64,000 nucleotides of DNA, from contig NC_045138.2 of assembly GCF_008831285.2 (NCBI RefSeq), forward strand, positions 21,948,001 to 22,012,000. The letters run 5' to 3'. Shown here piece by piece: positions 36,955-50,663 of this stretch. Both the position numbers and the translations under genes were made by a program. Numbering within the stretch: the stretch's first letter is position 1; the number at the start of each line of letters is the position of its first letter. The DNA comes from Nymphaea colorata (taxonomy: Eukaryota). The notes below the pieces were generated by a model. It searched no databases. It saw nothing but the letters and a program-made list of their open reading frames with translations, and had not been told where the DNA came from.

Positions 36955-38290
36955 AACGTTAGAATTAAATTATTTGAAAGTTAATTAATCTTCATGGAGT
37001 GTTTGAGCACACACTGGTGTCGAGGGGAGAAGAATTTAGACCCGTTTTCCTTTATCCCTTCCTTTCAACCTGAATGAAGGCAAAGGAAGAAGAAGTTGGT
37101 CATGCCAAACTTCACAATGGTCGCTGCTGTTTATGTATGTTCAAAGATCAGTTTCTGCAGTAGAAATTACTCAAACCGCCAACCACTCAGAGAGCGCATC
37201 AAGAGTGGGTTAGATAATTTTTAGATTATCCTTGGCCGTGGGAAGAGAACAGAAGGAAAAGATGTTGGTCACTCAGAGCTAAAAAAGTCAAGTGAAAGGA
37301 AGCTTCTCTGAAAGTTCTCTTCTTATTGGTTTGGAAATCCGACAACCTCAAGCCATGGCTAGCTCGAGTGCCTCTTGATTTTGATTCTCTTTAATGGGCA
37401 AATTAAAAAACTAAGTCTTAGTTTAATTTCAACTGCAGGAAATGCAGACCATAGTGGGAATTTACCTCCGCAGCAGAATGCCTCAGTTAGGTGTTCTACA
37501 ATACTACGTCATTGTTATAGCCAAAAACAATAGTAAGAAAAACTCGTGGTGATTGAAATGGAAAAGAAACTCAAGTTGTCAAATAAATTAAGAAGGAAAT
37601 TAAATTCAAGAGTTTTGGGTTTGACTCCATTTTCAGGTTTCAACTGCTCGCTGAGGGTTTCTCTCTCTCATCTCTCTAGTTTTGTTCATTATGTAACACT
37701 TTCATCCCTTCATTTCTCCCTCTCTTTCTTTCCATCTTTAATGGCGAAGGTTTCCCTGTCTTAGATCAGATTCTCTCCCTCAAAGCGTAGCAATAGCTGA
37801 TATTGGCGTTTCTCTTGTCACTTTCTGCCATGATTTTCTGCTGAATTTTACCAAAAGTTTTGGAACGTCATTGGTGGCGATGTTGTAGGGACTGTTAAAG
37901 ACTATTTTAGATACGGTAAAACAGCGTTAGCATTAAATTATTTGAAAGGTAATTAATCTTCATGGGGTGTTCGAGCACACTCTGGTGAATTCGTCTCTGG
38001 TGTCTGGCGAGAAGAATTTAGACCTGTTTTCCTTTATCCATTCCTTTTGACTAGAAGGAAAGGAGAAGCAGTTGGTCATGGTGAACTGTTTATGTATTTT
38101 CGAAGATCAGTGTTCTGCAGTAGAAATTATTCAAACCATTAACCACTCAGAGAGCACGTCAAGACTGGCTCAGATAAGTTCAGATTGTCTTTGTGCCGTG
38201 GGGACAGAACAGAAAGCAAAAGATGGTCTTGCAGAGCTACAAAGTCAAGTCAAAGAAGCTTCATTGAAAGTTCTCTCTTGTGATTGGTTG
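36955..38290 (+). repeat. Direct repeat of about 370 bp (36955-37335 and 37925-38290), probably LINE-derived, plus a third LINE RT fragment at 37832-37920
   Basis: Both copies share CGTTAG.ATTAAATTATTTGAAAG.TAATTAATCTTCATGG and CTGCAGTAGAAATTA.TCAAACC...AACCACTCAGAGAGC. 37832-37920 encodes FSAEFYQKFWNVIGGDVVGTVKDYFRYG. Confidence 0.75.
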
Positions 38291-38960
38291 AAAGGAGAGC
38301 GGTAGACCAGGGAAGGATGAGGGGTTTAGGCGGCCGAACTGGTGGTCTTTTAACCATGGTTAAGCGGTAGCTTGTTTCTTAAGGACGACGCAACCGGAGG
38401 AAGGGAGAAAGAAGGAAGGAGCAGGAGGGGTGGGGGGCGGCGACGACAGTGGAATCCGATCGTAAGGCGGAGTAATCGGCTCCGACTGTTACCCTTCTTT
38501 CCTGTGGCGGAAGAAAAGGGTGATTGACGTTAATTCGCAGCCTGACCGTTCCGGTCACCGGAGGTAACCGCCGGGGCCGTCTAAGGCCCCCCGAGGTCTT
38601 CTTCTTCTTCTTCCTTTTCTGGCTTCTTCCATTGTACTCTTATTGAGAAGAGGGTGTCTGTTTTTCTTCTCAATCGGAGATCCTTCGGTTTTCTTTCTTC
38701 TGCCCTTGGTTGGTTGCCTCTAGTTATTCGTTGTGGTTGATTTGCTTGTTCGTTGTGCAGCGGTCGGGGTTGCTTGTTTTTCCTTCTCGCCCACCATCCT
38801 TTTCTGATTCCGTCAGGGTGGTAGGGCGTTGTTTTTCTGATTGGGGGGCCGGCAGTCTCAATCGATCGTCTTCTCCTCGTGATTGATTCGGCTGGTCGGC
38901 GAAACGGTTTGAAACGCAGGTATATACCGTCGTCTTGGGTTCTTCTCCGTTGTCAACACG

Positions 38961-41748
38961 ATGGTGATGCAAGTGAGAAACGGGAATAGTAGGGAGACGA
39001 CGGCTTGGGACCAGATCTTGCTGGACCCTGATGCGTGGCCCCCTGGTTTTCGGTTCCATCCGACGGACGATGAGCTCGTCCAGCATTACCTGAAGAGGAA
39101 GATATGCGGTCGGCCACTCAAGCTCGACTGCATCGGAGAGGTCGATGTTTACAAGTCCGAACCTTGGGACCTGCCTGGTAATGATCTCTCTTGGTTTTAT
39201 TTGGTTCCTTTCTTCTTGTTGGTCTTTGTAATTTGTGTTGATTTGATCAAATTTTTTTTCCTCTGCACACAGATAAGTCTCTGATAAGGAATGGAGACAG
39301 GCAGTGGTACTTCTTTAGCCCAAGGGACAGGAAGTATCCGAATGGAGCGAGGTCGAATCGAGCCACGAAATCTGGCTATTGGAAGGCCACCGGCAAGGAT
39401 CGGATAATTTCTGTCAACTCTCGAGCAGTGGGCACCAAAAAAACTCTGGTTTATTACATTGGTCGTGCTCCCAAGGGCGAAAGAACCGACTGGGTGATGC
39501 ATGAGTACACCATAGGGGAGGAGGAACTGAGAAACTGCAGGACCGTGCAGGTAATTTCTTTGTTTGGGATTATCTGTTATCATATCTTGTGACTCTTGAG
39601 GTTGAATCTTCATCCGTTTGCTTCTCTGCGTTGCAGGATTATTTTGCTCTTTATAAGGTTTACAAGAAGAGTGGACCAGGACCCAAAAATGGGGAGCAGT
39701 ATGGGCCACTGATTAGGGAGGAAGATTGTGCCGAAGAGGAAGATGGCAATGTCAACGAGAACACTGAGCAACTGAAGGTGCTGCAGTTCAGTGCTTCTGC
39801 TGTTGCTGGTGGTGGTGATGAAAGCTCTTATACTAATGGAAGACAAACGGCTGCGCAATCTGGCGTGTCTCTTGAAAACCAAGGCGCCGGCGATGTTTTG
39901 CAGGATCTTTTATGGAAGATACTTGATGAACCTGACTCTGGACGCCCGCAGTCTGTGGATAATTTGGATGATTTGTTGTCGATGCTTGTTCAACCTGGCA
40001 TTGCACAGCCGCAAACTCTGGATAATTATCATCTCTTACAGGTACAAGTTTGAATGGCTTATGATTCGGTTCTATTATAGTCATCATGCATTTGCACATT
40101 CTGAGAATAGGCTGAATCGTAAACCACTATCCTTGATATCTAAACTTCAAGGTGTTCGTTAGATGTTTCTGAACCGTAACGTTTAATGGAAAAATGACAA
40201 GGATCATGAGATCATTTTAACAACAACCTGAGACCATTTTTTTCCCTACGTGTTGGATTCTTTCTGTTTAAGTTGGGTAGGATGACGGTAGTGATAGCAA
40301 AACGAGTTTAAAGTACCTTGCTGGCATGTGCCATCAACTTCGGTCGTGGCCGTGTTAATGCGACTTCCGGATAAGGAATAGAAACAAAAAGGTGACTGCA
40401 TCCTTTCTAGTTCTTCCTGGCTGGCCTGAAGAAAAAAAACTAAAGATGTGCCACGTGATGAATGGTGGCCCTTGTGGCTCGCTGGAACTTCTGAAAGTGT
40501 TGATGTTTACAGATCCTCTATTTTACTTGTTTTTTGTGTTCACTTTCTTGATGAATATAGAATTTTGACATTCTTCTCATTTCTGTTGTCCTTCTCAGGC
40601 CGGTGCTGAAGTGAAAATTCATGGGTGCGCCGTAGATCAATCTTCTGTTGATGCTCCATTGGAGCAGTGGCTCCCTAGTGATGCTGGCGATGGTGCGGAT
40701 GCCGCTAGTTCCCACTTTGAAAATGCAGCCGTTCCGTTTAGTCCATCTTCACAAAATCCTCTGCTAATGCAGAACCTGCCTGATGGGCAGCAGGATAAAG
40801 ATTTCTTGGAATTGAACGATCTTCTTAACAACAATTTCTGCGACCCATCTTTTCATAATGGTGCACAAACATGGACTGATAATCCACCGCACCATATCGA
40901 TGCATTTGACGATGCTTATCCCTTCTCTGATGCTTTACCATTTCTTGATGAGTTCGGCCTTCCAGATGATTCACACTCGACGTTGCCTCAGCCTTTCCAC
41001 CAGGGGGTACCAAATAGCTCACAAACATATGGGGACGTGTTTAACCATCAAATGGTTGATCAGGTGGGAGGATATTACTCTTCAACTCCATTGTCTGGTG
41101 GAAATCAACAAGTTATATGCAGTCAATTGGTAGCCCATGAGTCTAATCATGTGGCTTTAAATCCTCCATCAGGTAGACGTTTTGGCTTGCCCAAATATAT
41201 GCAGTTATAAAAGCTTGAGATTTGGCCCCGATGTGTGTCGTTACTAGTTGGCCATTTCTCCATTTTCTCTAATAGCAGCATTTTGGTAACTTATCATATG
41301 TGCAGGCGTTATATACAATGGTTCTAGTACAATCTATGAAAGCCAGGACATGGAACCTGAAGGAGGCAGGCCCCCTATTAATTCTACAGAATCCTGGTAC
41401 AACTCCGTTCTTGTTGGTTTTCTCGATTCAATACCCACCTTTCCTGCCTCGGCTTCTGAGCATCCGCTGCTGAAGCGCATGTCAAGCTTCCGGGCAACCA
41501 CCACTGTAGAAGCTGTGGCTTGCCGATGCTTACAGGACCCCAACGCCAACTGTGGCTGCTCGTGTGGCACTGCTGTTACTACGACTACGACTGGTGGCGT
41601 TGGGAGGGCTTGGAGTCCTGATGGCGGTAGAAGAGGTCTGTTCTTCGTCTCCTTTTTGGTAGTCATCGCTGCTGTGTTATGGGCGGTCGTCATTGGTGCT
41701 GGCCTGAAACTTTTTAAGTTAGTCATAGGCAGGCTCACTAAAAGCTGA
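38961..41748 (+). CDS. NAC017: Membrane-tethered NAC transcription factor, ANAC013/016/017 clade, about 638 aa, 5 exons
   Basis: Exons 38961-39177, 39273-39550, 39637-40041, 40599-41172, 41306-41748 (1917 nt, in frame). NAC motifs [58 protein letters not shown]. Clade motifs [14 protein letters not shown] and [13 protein letters not shown]-terminal TM segment [21 protein letters not shown]. Confidence 0.93.
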
Positions 41749-43047
41749 GTAGCCATTTTGTGTTCTTCTACCTTTTATTACCCTGTAAAAGCTATGTATA
41801 TCTATTATCTGGAGATCAAGAACCTTTTTGAATAACTCTTCTCGAGAATGACCTCATTCTGTACAAATTGTAAGGTTTGCTTTCTTAACAAGAAGCTTTT
41901 TGTTGATCTTCTCGGAAATTCGCTCCGCTGAATGCCCTTTTTCCTTGACTGTCCACAGCTATGTTTCGGTTTGCAGCTGGCCTCCTTTGGGGCATCTCAT
42001 CATTATTTCTTTCACTCATGCTTTTATATTGAAGTTGTGTCGATCAAATTGAACCCTCTTCGTTGTGGCGATCCAAAGAGAGGGTGTACTTGAAGATGTT
42101 TTTCTGCGTTTTAGAGGGTCATGCTAACAGAGGAAGTCGCCGTCGCCAGATTTTGAGGCTAGAACCCAAAATAGCTGTTAACAAAGAGGGAATTGTTTGA
42201 AAAGCAAGATTCAGTGCGCAACTCTTGAATACGTTTCGAGCAAATTTATTAGAACTAACTTATCTCATTCCAACCTTGAAGATTTCATCAGGCATGGTAG
42301 TTTTTTTTTCCAGCTGTTATTCTCTATCATAAATGTTTAAAAATGTGGAAAATTTTCCGACTCTTTTATGAACCCCCATATTTTCTGTTGGAAAAATTTT
42401 TGTACTAAATGTGATTATCTCGTGCATGGTAAGATTCACTTGTGTGCGCTGTTCGCGTCAGAATACAAAAAAAAGAAAATCACTTGATCTAAACAAACAG
42501 CCCCTTGATAACGGCACAAAATCATAGATGGAAAATATCTTCTAGTGATGCACTTTCTCGGGGTTACCTAAACGCGATCTTTCTAGCATGCGGCATCACT
42601 CGGGTTAAAAAATACTAAAGATTATCTGCAGGGAATCAACTAGGAAGGTTGCAGTAATAATGATATATTTCTGACCAAAGAAGGAAGAAGGAGAACCCAT
42701 CAGAAAGCAAACCCCAACAGAAATGTTACACATCGAATAAAAAATATGTGATATTGAAAACTATGATAAACATACGAGGTCTTCGGTTCTCAGTACAAGA
42801 GACCAAAACACAAGTGGCAAAGGCGATCGCATAAGGTGACGGAAACCAGCACAGGGTTGACGGACTCTGCTATGCACAAGCACAATGTTCCCAACATCCT
42901 TGGGCAATCTTTTTCACAAGAAGACTAAACAACGATCAATAAAACCACGGGTACATAAAACACTTTATTCTTGCCTTTCTTTCCATTTTGTGGCCTCGAC
43001 AAGAATCAGGACAACAGAGGCCACAAATGCAGCTCGAACAGTCGAAC

Positions 43048-44995
43048 TTATGATGACGATTTCGTGGAGGAAGGATTGAACGGAACCTGTTCAGCACAGT
43101 CCAGATTTTCCCCAGAATATTGTCGACCAACTCCCATAAGATCAAGATAGTACTGGTAATGCGAGATTATATTGTTCATTGAGTCAACGAAGCCCTGACC
43201 GCACACCTGATCACCGTAAAGGAGATTCATGGTAGCCCCGAAACCAGGCAGCCTCTTAGAAAGTGTGTCATTCTTCGTGGGTTTCCAGTTTCCAACAAAC
43301 ACGTCGTGAGGAGAAGGCTGGTTCTTCTTTGGTGGGTTCATCCATACCCACATAGCAGCTTGGAAAGCAAGAGTAGCGTTCTGTTCAATGTATTCTGGGT
43401 TGTCTAACAGATTAATCTTCAAACCTTCACCAATCTTTCCATAGTTGTAGTTCCTGCAGAGTACCAAGAAATCTCTGGTTTCACTTTATCATAAAAATAC
43501 GATTGAAGTCCAAATACAAAATAAGTAAAGAGGCAGGAAGATAAACCAGTAAGAGGAAGGCAAATATGGTATACCAGTATATGGGGATTGCACCACGGCC
43601 ATAGTACTCAGCTCCTGGAGTGCAGGGGTAGATGTAGTTCGGATCACAGTATGACTGGCTTGGACTCAGTTCATGATTATAGCACAGACCCCAGGCAAAA
43701 GGACCACCAGTAGCAACGCTATATCCACCTGAGAACAATAGGCAACGCTATGACTTTTAAAATACAACTACAAGGTGGGGGAGAAAAGAGGAAAAGAAGT
43801 GAATGATGCCCAGATGTTCAGCTAAGATCTAAACAACTTATGTCACATTTTCTTGCGATCCTCATGAAGTCCTGCCAGAAGAATTCACCCATTTGGACAA
43901 TTAACGGATCTGGTAGAGGTCCCACATTGCATCTGTTAGCTTGTCGTTCAGATGGAATAACATACACACATGATTGGAAGATTGAAGACTTCTGATCATA
44001 AATTTAAGAGATAACAGCCAACCCAAATGGTCAAACTTTAAGAAGTTTAAGCATGCAAAATATGTCAAAACTTGAGAAGTTTAAGACCAGCAGGGAAATG
44101 GCTGAAACGTGAAAGTGTTAGTGGAGATGATGTACAACAAATTGCTACTCCTGGTCAAGTTTTTAGACCATTTACTGTTTACTAATACTTCCAGGGGATT
44201 TAAACAATCAGATCTAGAAATGTCCGCCGATCTGGTGCGGGAACCAGGAAAGGGCGCTATTGCATTCGAGAAGAAAAATCTTTTCACGACCGAGTGCCCA
44301 CTCCTGACCTCTATCTGGTTAGAAGACCTTAAATTCTACCCCCGTCACACGCCGAGTTTCAGAGTTTCCGAATTCAGATCTTACGACAACCCACCAACTT
44401 GATGACATTCGAAAGTTACCTCTGCAATGCATGATGATGGAAGCCTTTGTAGGTTGACTCTTATCATTTTCTAAGCACTCGAAATTACCATTTCCATGTA
44501 ATAGTACATGATAAATGAATCATAGAAGAAGCGGAAAAGAATTCCACAGGAAGACAAGGAACCAAGAGATCGACAGCAATGAATTCAATGAACACCAAGA
44601 AAGACTAAAGCATGACCGCGAGAGAGAGAGAGAGACTACTCACAGGAAGTCTTGCTCCCAACATGGCCAAGGAATGCAGCAACCTCCCTCATCTGCATCT
44701 GCTTGCCTCCGGTGGTGCCGAACCCCAAGGGCTGGAAGTCGGTGGAGGCAAGGATGAAGGCCTGGTAGTCCCAGAAGCCAACGGCGTGGGCGGTGGGGGC
44801 GTTCCGCTTGGCGAAGAGGTTCTCAAACTGGTAGACCTGGAAGAAATCAGAGATGGTGTCGTTGCAGCAGTAAACAGAGCCCTTGCATTCCCAATCCTTG
44901 TCACAGATCTTAGACTTCGACGACTTAGCCGTCCCCAACTCCACCATCATCACGCCCACGCAGATCGAAAGCACCAACCATTTCCACGCCCCCAT
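43048..44995 (-). CDS. CTL1: Chitinase-like protein (GH19, CTL1/CTL2 type), about 303 aa, 3 exons
   Basis: Exons 44995-44644, 43728-43575, 43453-43048 (912 nt). Signal peptide, then CDKDWECKGSVYCCNDTISDFFQVYQFENLF, AAFLGHVGSKTSCGY, YYGRGAIPIYWNYNYG, WKPTKNDTLSKRLPGFG, LDCAEQVPFNP. Confidence 0.96.
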
Positions 44996-47900
44996 TTCCC
45001 TAATCTCCCCTTCACTTTCCTGCTGCTTTTGCAGATACCCACAAAAGAAAAACGGGAAAAATAACTAAATCTCTTGTTTCAAGGATGTAAATTGCAAAAC
45101 CAACGAAGAAAAATACACTGAGAGGATGAAAAGAACCAAAATCTAAAGAACAGAAGGGGAAAAGGGCGAGATTGAACCAAAACGACTGCAATGGCGTGGC
45201 TGGAGAACAAACCAGAGGAGTATAAATCAACGACTCTTCAGAACCTTGGAGAGAAGGAAATTGAAGGTCGCTTAGAGATCAAAGAAACGAAAAAGAAATC
45301 GGTAGGCCTTCGCTCTCCTCCTACCCTTTTTCCTTCCCCCCCGAGTGGTTGAGAGGCCCCTGCTACCGACACACTGGAGTTTTTGCGAGCCAAACTTCCA
45401 CTTATGCCCCTGCCTGCCGACACTTCCAGAACAAACCTATAAAGAAGAAGCAAGGACAACCGTAGATCTCGACCAGACGACCAATCTCAAGCGCATCCGA
45501 CCGTCAACGTCTATGAGAGGGAGTTAGTACGCAGCAGTGTGGGGGCATACAGTCGGAATGCAGTAAAAGTTAATAGCTAGCAACTTACAGGGTTTTGTGT
45601 TCTTTTTCCACTAATGGTGACTGTCTTCAACGCCAGATTGCAGAAAGCTTCAAGATTTACATGATTTTACAGATTAGCGTACTTACGCCCTTCTCCGTGT
45701 CAACATAAGCGTTGCTAAAGCTTGATTCTCACATGAGATGAACTCTCCCGCAAGCATTTATATATACTGACTATCTTCATAGCCGGATGACATTTTGTTT
45801 ACTTTATATCGCTAAAAACAGTCACAAATGTACAGTTTACGATGACACTTAGTTAGACCACAGTTTTTAGCGGCGGAACGCATTTTTTAGAATGATTTTT
45901 AGCAACACAATGTAAGAATTATCATCAAGTGATAATTGACCGTTTTCAATTTTCTTATAAGTTTTCATCCATGGCACCGACAACGTGGTCCGCTCTAATT
46001 GTGGTCCATTCTTGCCTAATTAACTAAAGATACCGAGTTATAAAAATAATTACAAATCAATGTACAATTTAACTTTTTACCAATTCTTAGAATAAATTAT
46101 TGTAAGCTGATTTGTCATAAGAACCATCATTGTACATAAGATTTCAATCACTTATGCATAAAATTTGGACCATCTGACCGCACTTCTAGACTCTCTCTCT
46201 TTATAAATACATATATATGTGTATAATGTACAATTTATATGTATAATGCTGGGAATATAACTTTTTAAAATTTTTAAAGAAAGAGTTTGATGGTTTGGAA
46301 TTTTGATTTAAGAATTAAAATTTAAGAATTATGAGTTCTCTTCAAACTGGGAAAGAATCAAACTTCCAAATTTTAGTTCCTTAATTCCAGAAACAAAATA
46401 CATCGTTTGTTTAATTTTTTTTAGAAAAGAAAAATCTTGTTTCTAAAATTTTAATAAAGCGCCCTAAGAGGTAGGGGTCCCGGTGGAGACTGGAGAGAGA
46501 TGGAAGGACCAATAAGAGAGAGACAGTCTGTTTGGAAAGAAAAGAATCTCCCACCGACCCATCAAACGGTCACTATCTCTCTCTTTCGACTTCAATTGTG
46601 GGGTCTCATTCAAAGATTGAAGCAAATTGTAAGGAAACCTCTGGTTGAGTCAACAACATATTGTTAAAATTACTTGTCAGGTCTCAAATAAAAAAGTATT
46701 TTCCAAACAATGCACGGATTGCAAAATTCAAAGCGGTCAAGTTTTTTTTTTTTTTTTTTTTTAATTTGGGGTGATGTTTGAGAGAGCAAATTCAAAGGAG
46801 TTTAAGATAACCTTTTTGTTTGGAATTATTAATAATTTCTTCATGGGTCGAACTTATAATCCCTTGAAATTCCAGATTTTGTTTGAGAAATAATAGTGGC
46901 AGAGAATTTGGTGAATGAATTGACGCAAGTAATTTTCAAGTCCGATTTTTTGTAACACGTTTGGTTATCAAAGTTAAGCTTCTTATGTGAGTTCCAAAAG
47001 AAGTTGATCGGTTACTATTAGTAAGAGAAGAAAAAATCACATAAATGTTGAAGTGTCATTGATGTAAGTTAAAAAATATATATTTATAAACAATGAAACA
47101 CCATGAATAAATAAATAAATTGCAAAAGAAATTACGAGAAAACTTAAAATATGGTACTGGCAAGTGGCAAAACGATACGAGTTCCATTCTCAAATGGTAA
47201 AAAGTTTCTAAAGTATTTTTCCCGGTTTGAGAACAATTTTTCAAAAAGTAACACTTTATAAAAGAAAATCATTGACATTTTATAAACAATAACATTCAAA
47301 AAGTAACTTATCATTTCACTTTACTAGACAAACGATGCATAGATTCTACCCCAAAATTGACCACCTTATTGCAATATTTTTATTAAAGGAGCTTGAAACT
47401 GCATATATATATATATACATAGTAAATATTTAAATATGTCAATATAAAAAAAATTAAAGGTGTAACTCCGCCACTGATTCTTTCTATGAAGGGTTGTATG
47501 TTGTAACAGATCCATGAAATATTATAATGCAATATTTAATGAATCAATCTTATTTTTTGAAACATATTTATGAAAGTTGTTTTTATTGCCAAACTACTTC
47601 TTAACATATCCCAATCTCCAATTCTTATTATTACCAAAAGCCCCCTGATATTTAGGTTTTGCTGAACAAAAACAATTCTAGAGACACTTTATATTTTGCG
47701 TGCACGATTTGACGACGAAATTATGTGTCACCTACCTCATGTAAATTCACCTTTTTAGCAAATAAATTTATGTGAATCTTGAAGTTTATTAAAAAGTTTT
47801 GCACTCAAAAATACAAATAAGAAAAAAAAACACGAAAAATGAGATTGAGAAAATGGGGACCAACATGGATATTTAATATGGTTTCTACTTTGTAAAATAG

Positions 47901-48384
47901 GATATATTTAAAAGATAGATCAGAAACGTTTCCTTAAAAAGCAAAACCGAGTAAAAAAAAGGAAAGAAGATTTTGGAATCCAAATTTCATGCAGCTTTGT
48001 TGCCTAAGTGCAGCCTACCAATCGAAGGAAAAGAACCAAAATTGGATCTTCCAATTAGAAATAAAAGAGCCATTTGGTAAACAATTCATTTTTATTTTTA
48101 TTAATATTCACCGATATCTATAAATAAAACGCATAATTCATATTTAATTATGCTGAATTTTTAATTCTCCTTATTACATCTGTATCCTATGGATTCGATT
48201 ACACAACCAATATTCAATCGGAATGATTAGAAGTCCTTTGGCACTAGTAACAAATTATTGTTGTACAGTGAAACTGTTCAATTAAGGTAAATTTATGGAA
48301 TCATGTGACATAGTGTTTCATAAATCTAATCTAAATTATGAGGCATAATTAATGGACAAGAACAATAAATGGCCTCTTTCAAAA

Positions 48385-48789
48385 TCAGCTCAAACTCGAC
48401 TTGGCTCGAGCTCTTAAACTCGAACTTGGCTCGATTTAGCTCGATCCAAAATTGGCTGGAGCAAAGCCAAGCATTTCATTCAAGAAATCTTTTTTTAAAG
48501 AAAGAGTCGCGAATACCCATTTGAGCAATTTAATTTTTTGTGAATACCCATTTGAGCAATTTAATTTTTCTCATAACTTTATGAGACATATTTTATATAT
48601 TTTCTTTTTCAAGCTTAACTGAGTTTAACCGAGCCGAACCCACTTAACTTGAGTTCGACTCATTTAGGTTGTCGAGTTCATTTCTTAACTCGAATTTGAC
48701 TCATTTAATAAACGAGTCGAGTTTGTGTTTATCAAGCGAAAGCGAGTTCGAGTCAAGCTCGAGTTAGCTCGACTCGTTGAAGAGCGCTA
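48385..48789. mobile_element. MITE of the GAGCTCGAGC-rich family
   Basis: CTCGAGCTC/GAGTTCGAGT repeats, with an internal ~32-bp tandem duplication at about 48511-48570. Confidence 0.55.
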
Positions 48790-50663
48790 CTTACGGGATG
48801 TTTCCTTTTTTCCTTTCTAAAATTAAATGCATTCAAATTTGAGTCAATAATCAGAAAAATCCACCTCCATGACAACCTAGCAAAAGCCCACACTAGACAA
48901 CTTGCACGAAAAATGACACTTTGGCTGAATTATTGTATGAATACGTCCTGAAGAAGAAGAAGGATCTCAAAAGGGGGGAATTATTTAAAAGGACGCCTAA
49001 TGATCTGGTGATCAATAACACCCTTAAACGATAGGTTTTCATTACTTTAACAGTTGACTAAAATTAGCTACATCAAATAATTAAATGTATTTTTATCATG
49101 GTCAAAACTTTAGGTTAGATTTAGAAATTCCACCAAATTGAAACTCTAAAATATAAAAAAACCCATTCGACCCAATAAATTTCACAAAAGTTGTTTTCTA
49201 GGATGCCACAAGGAGATTTGAACTCATGACCAGCCATTTGCTAGCCAAGTCCTTCCTCAATCGTAATAACTCCTTGGCTCCTCGTGCATTCTTAGTACAT
49301 TCAATTCCAAATCCAGCTTTTTCCTCTCATCTGCACTAGTGGATTGATTCCGATTGTATTTCATCAAGCTGAAAATCAGAGATTTTGGACTCAAAACCTG
49401 CTAGCAAAATGAAGATTGGAAGTAGTCAATGCCAATTGAATTTAAGCTTGGAAAATTCAACTTTTTAAACATTTCTATCGTTATTTTTTTTATAACAAGG
49501 AGCCCTTCAAGAAAGAAAACTTTCCATAACATCGTAAGGAACTTGACAATGGCGACCTGATTAGGGTCTCCATTAGTTGCTCAGTACATGGTAATACTCA
49601 TAGTTCTATATTCGATTTCAACCCATCCATACCATTTAATGAGTTTGAATTGGCTTTTTATGAGGCCAACTCAAAATGTTGAACAATAGTTGTGCAAAGA
49701 GTAAGACCAAAGGTACTAAAATAAAAATACCAATAAGCAAGAAATGCAAATTTTCAAAAGCATACCCGACCCGGTTATATCCTAGCCAAGAAAGACATTT
49801 TCCCGCTAATTTAGACACAACATTTGGTAGAGACCCGCTTTCAAATTTGCCTTGACTTGGTTGAGGTTTATGTTATCTATACATTAAAGAAACATTATAC
49901 AGTTGTAAATTGATGATGTGTTAGATGTTTAGTCACATTACAGACGCAGATAATAAAAATAATGAGTAAAAAAAGTTAAAAAATAAAAAATGTGGTAAAA
50001 CCAGTTTCAAAATAGAATCGGCTGAACCAATTCCCCATATGCTCAATCTTTGTCTTCTCATGCCCAAGGACACAGGTAAACGATCGAACAGTAGAAGAGA
50101 AAACTACATCAACAAAGGAATTCAGATAGGATACAGTAGAACCAAGAATGGCAGAACTCCATATGGCTCATTTAAGCCCCATGAGCAGTTTGATCTACCA
50201 ACTCAATTAAAGTCTTTCATGCAGCTTTATCCGATTCCAATGCCAATATTCCCAAGCCCAAAAAACTGCAAATAGCTAACCGTAGATGTCAACCTTTCGA
50301 CACCAGAAACTGTGCCTGAATTGAAGCATCGGAGAATGTACACAGAAAAAGGAAAACTGAGACGATAAATTCGAGAGGGAGAGAAATGGTGACTTCTATA
50401 AAACATGCAACTGATACAATTCACACAAGAAAGTGAAATTGGAAGTTACACCAGATGAAGCCAGAGACCCTCCTCCCCTCACTCATGTTAACAAACAAGT
50501 AGATACATGCAGGGCCACAAAGCCATAGAAATTGATTTATACCTGTCTACCAACCACATAATCTCTTAAAACCTAATCCCCCAACCTACCGGGGAACTTA
50601 CACAGAAAGAAGGCAAAATGTACAGTGAGAAATGGCGGGGAAAAAGACTCCTCGCTCCCTCGT

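Larger units (their letters stand above)
32410..38553 (+). repeat. Local duplication, copy B
   Basis: Collinear with 20405-23604 plus 32222-32392, with copy-specific indels. Confidence 0.88.

Noticed and set aside
38371..38383. Mitochondrial dysfunction motif (CTTGN5CAMG) in the NAC promoter
   Set aside because: The sequence is CTTGTTTCTTAAG (copy A: CTTGTTTCTCAGG). Each has a mismatch to the consensus, so it is not supportable.
39197..39709. Antisense ORFs over the NAC and CTL exons (also 41334-41756 and 44612-45064)
   Set aside because: Shadow ORFs on the opposite strand of GC-rich coding exons.
49200..49280. tRNA gene (B-box-like GTTCAAATC on minus; similar motifs near 15163 and 18783)
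   Set aside because: No cloverleaf could be folded. At most these are decayed tRNA-derived SINE heads.
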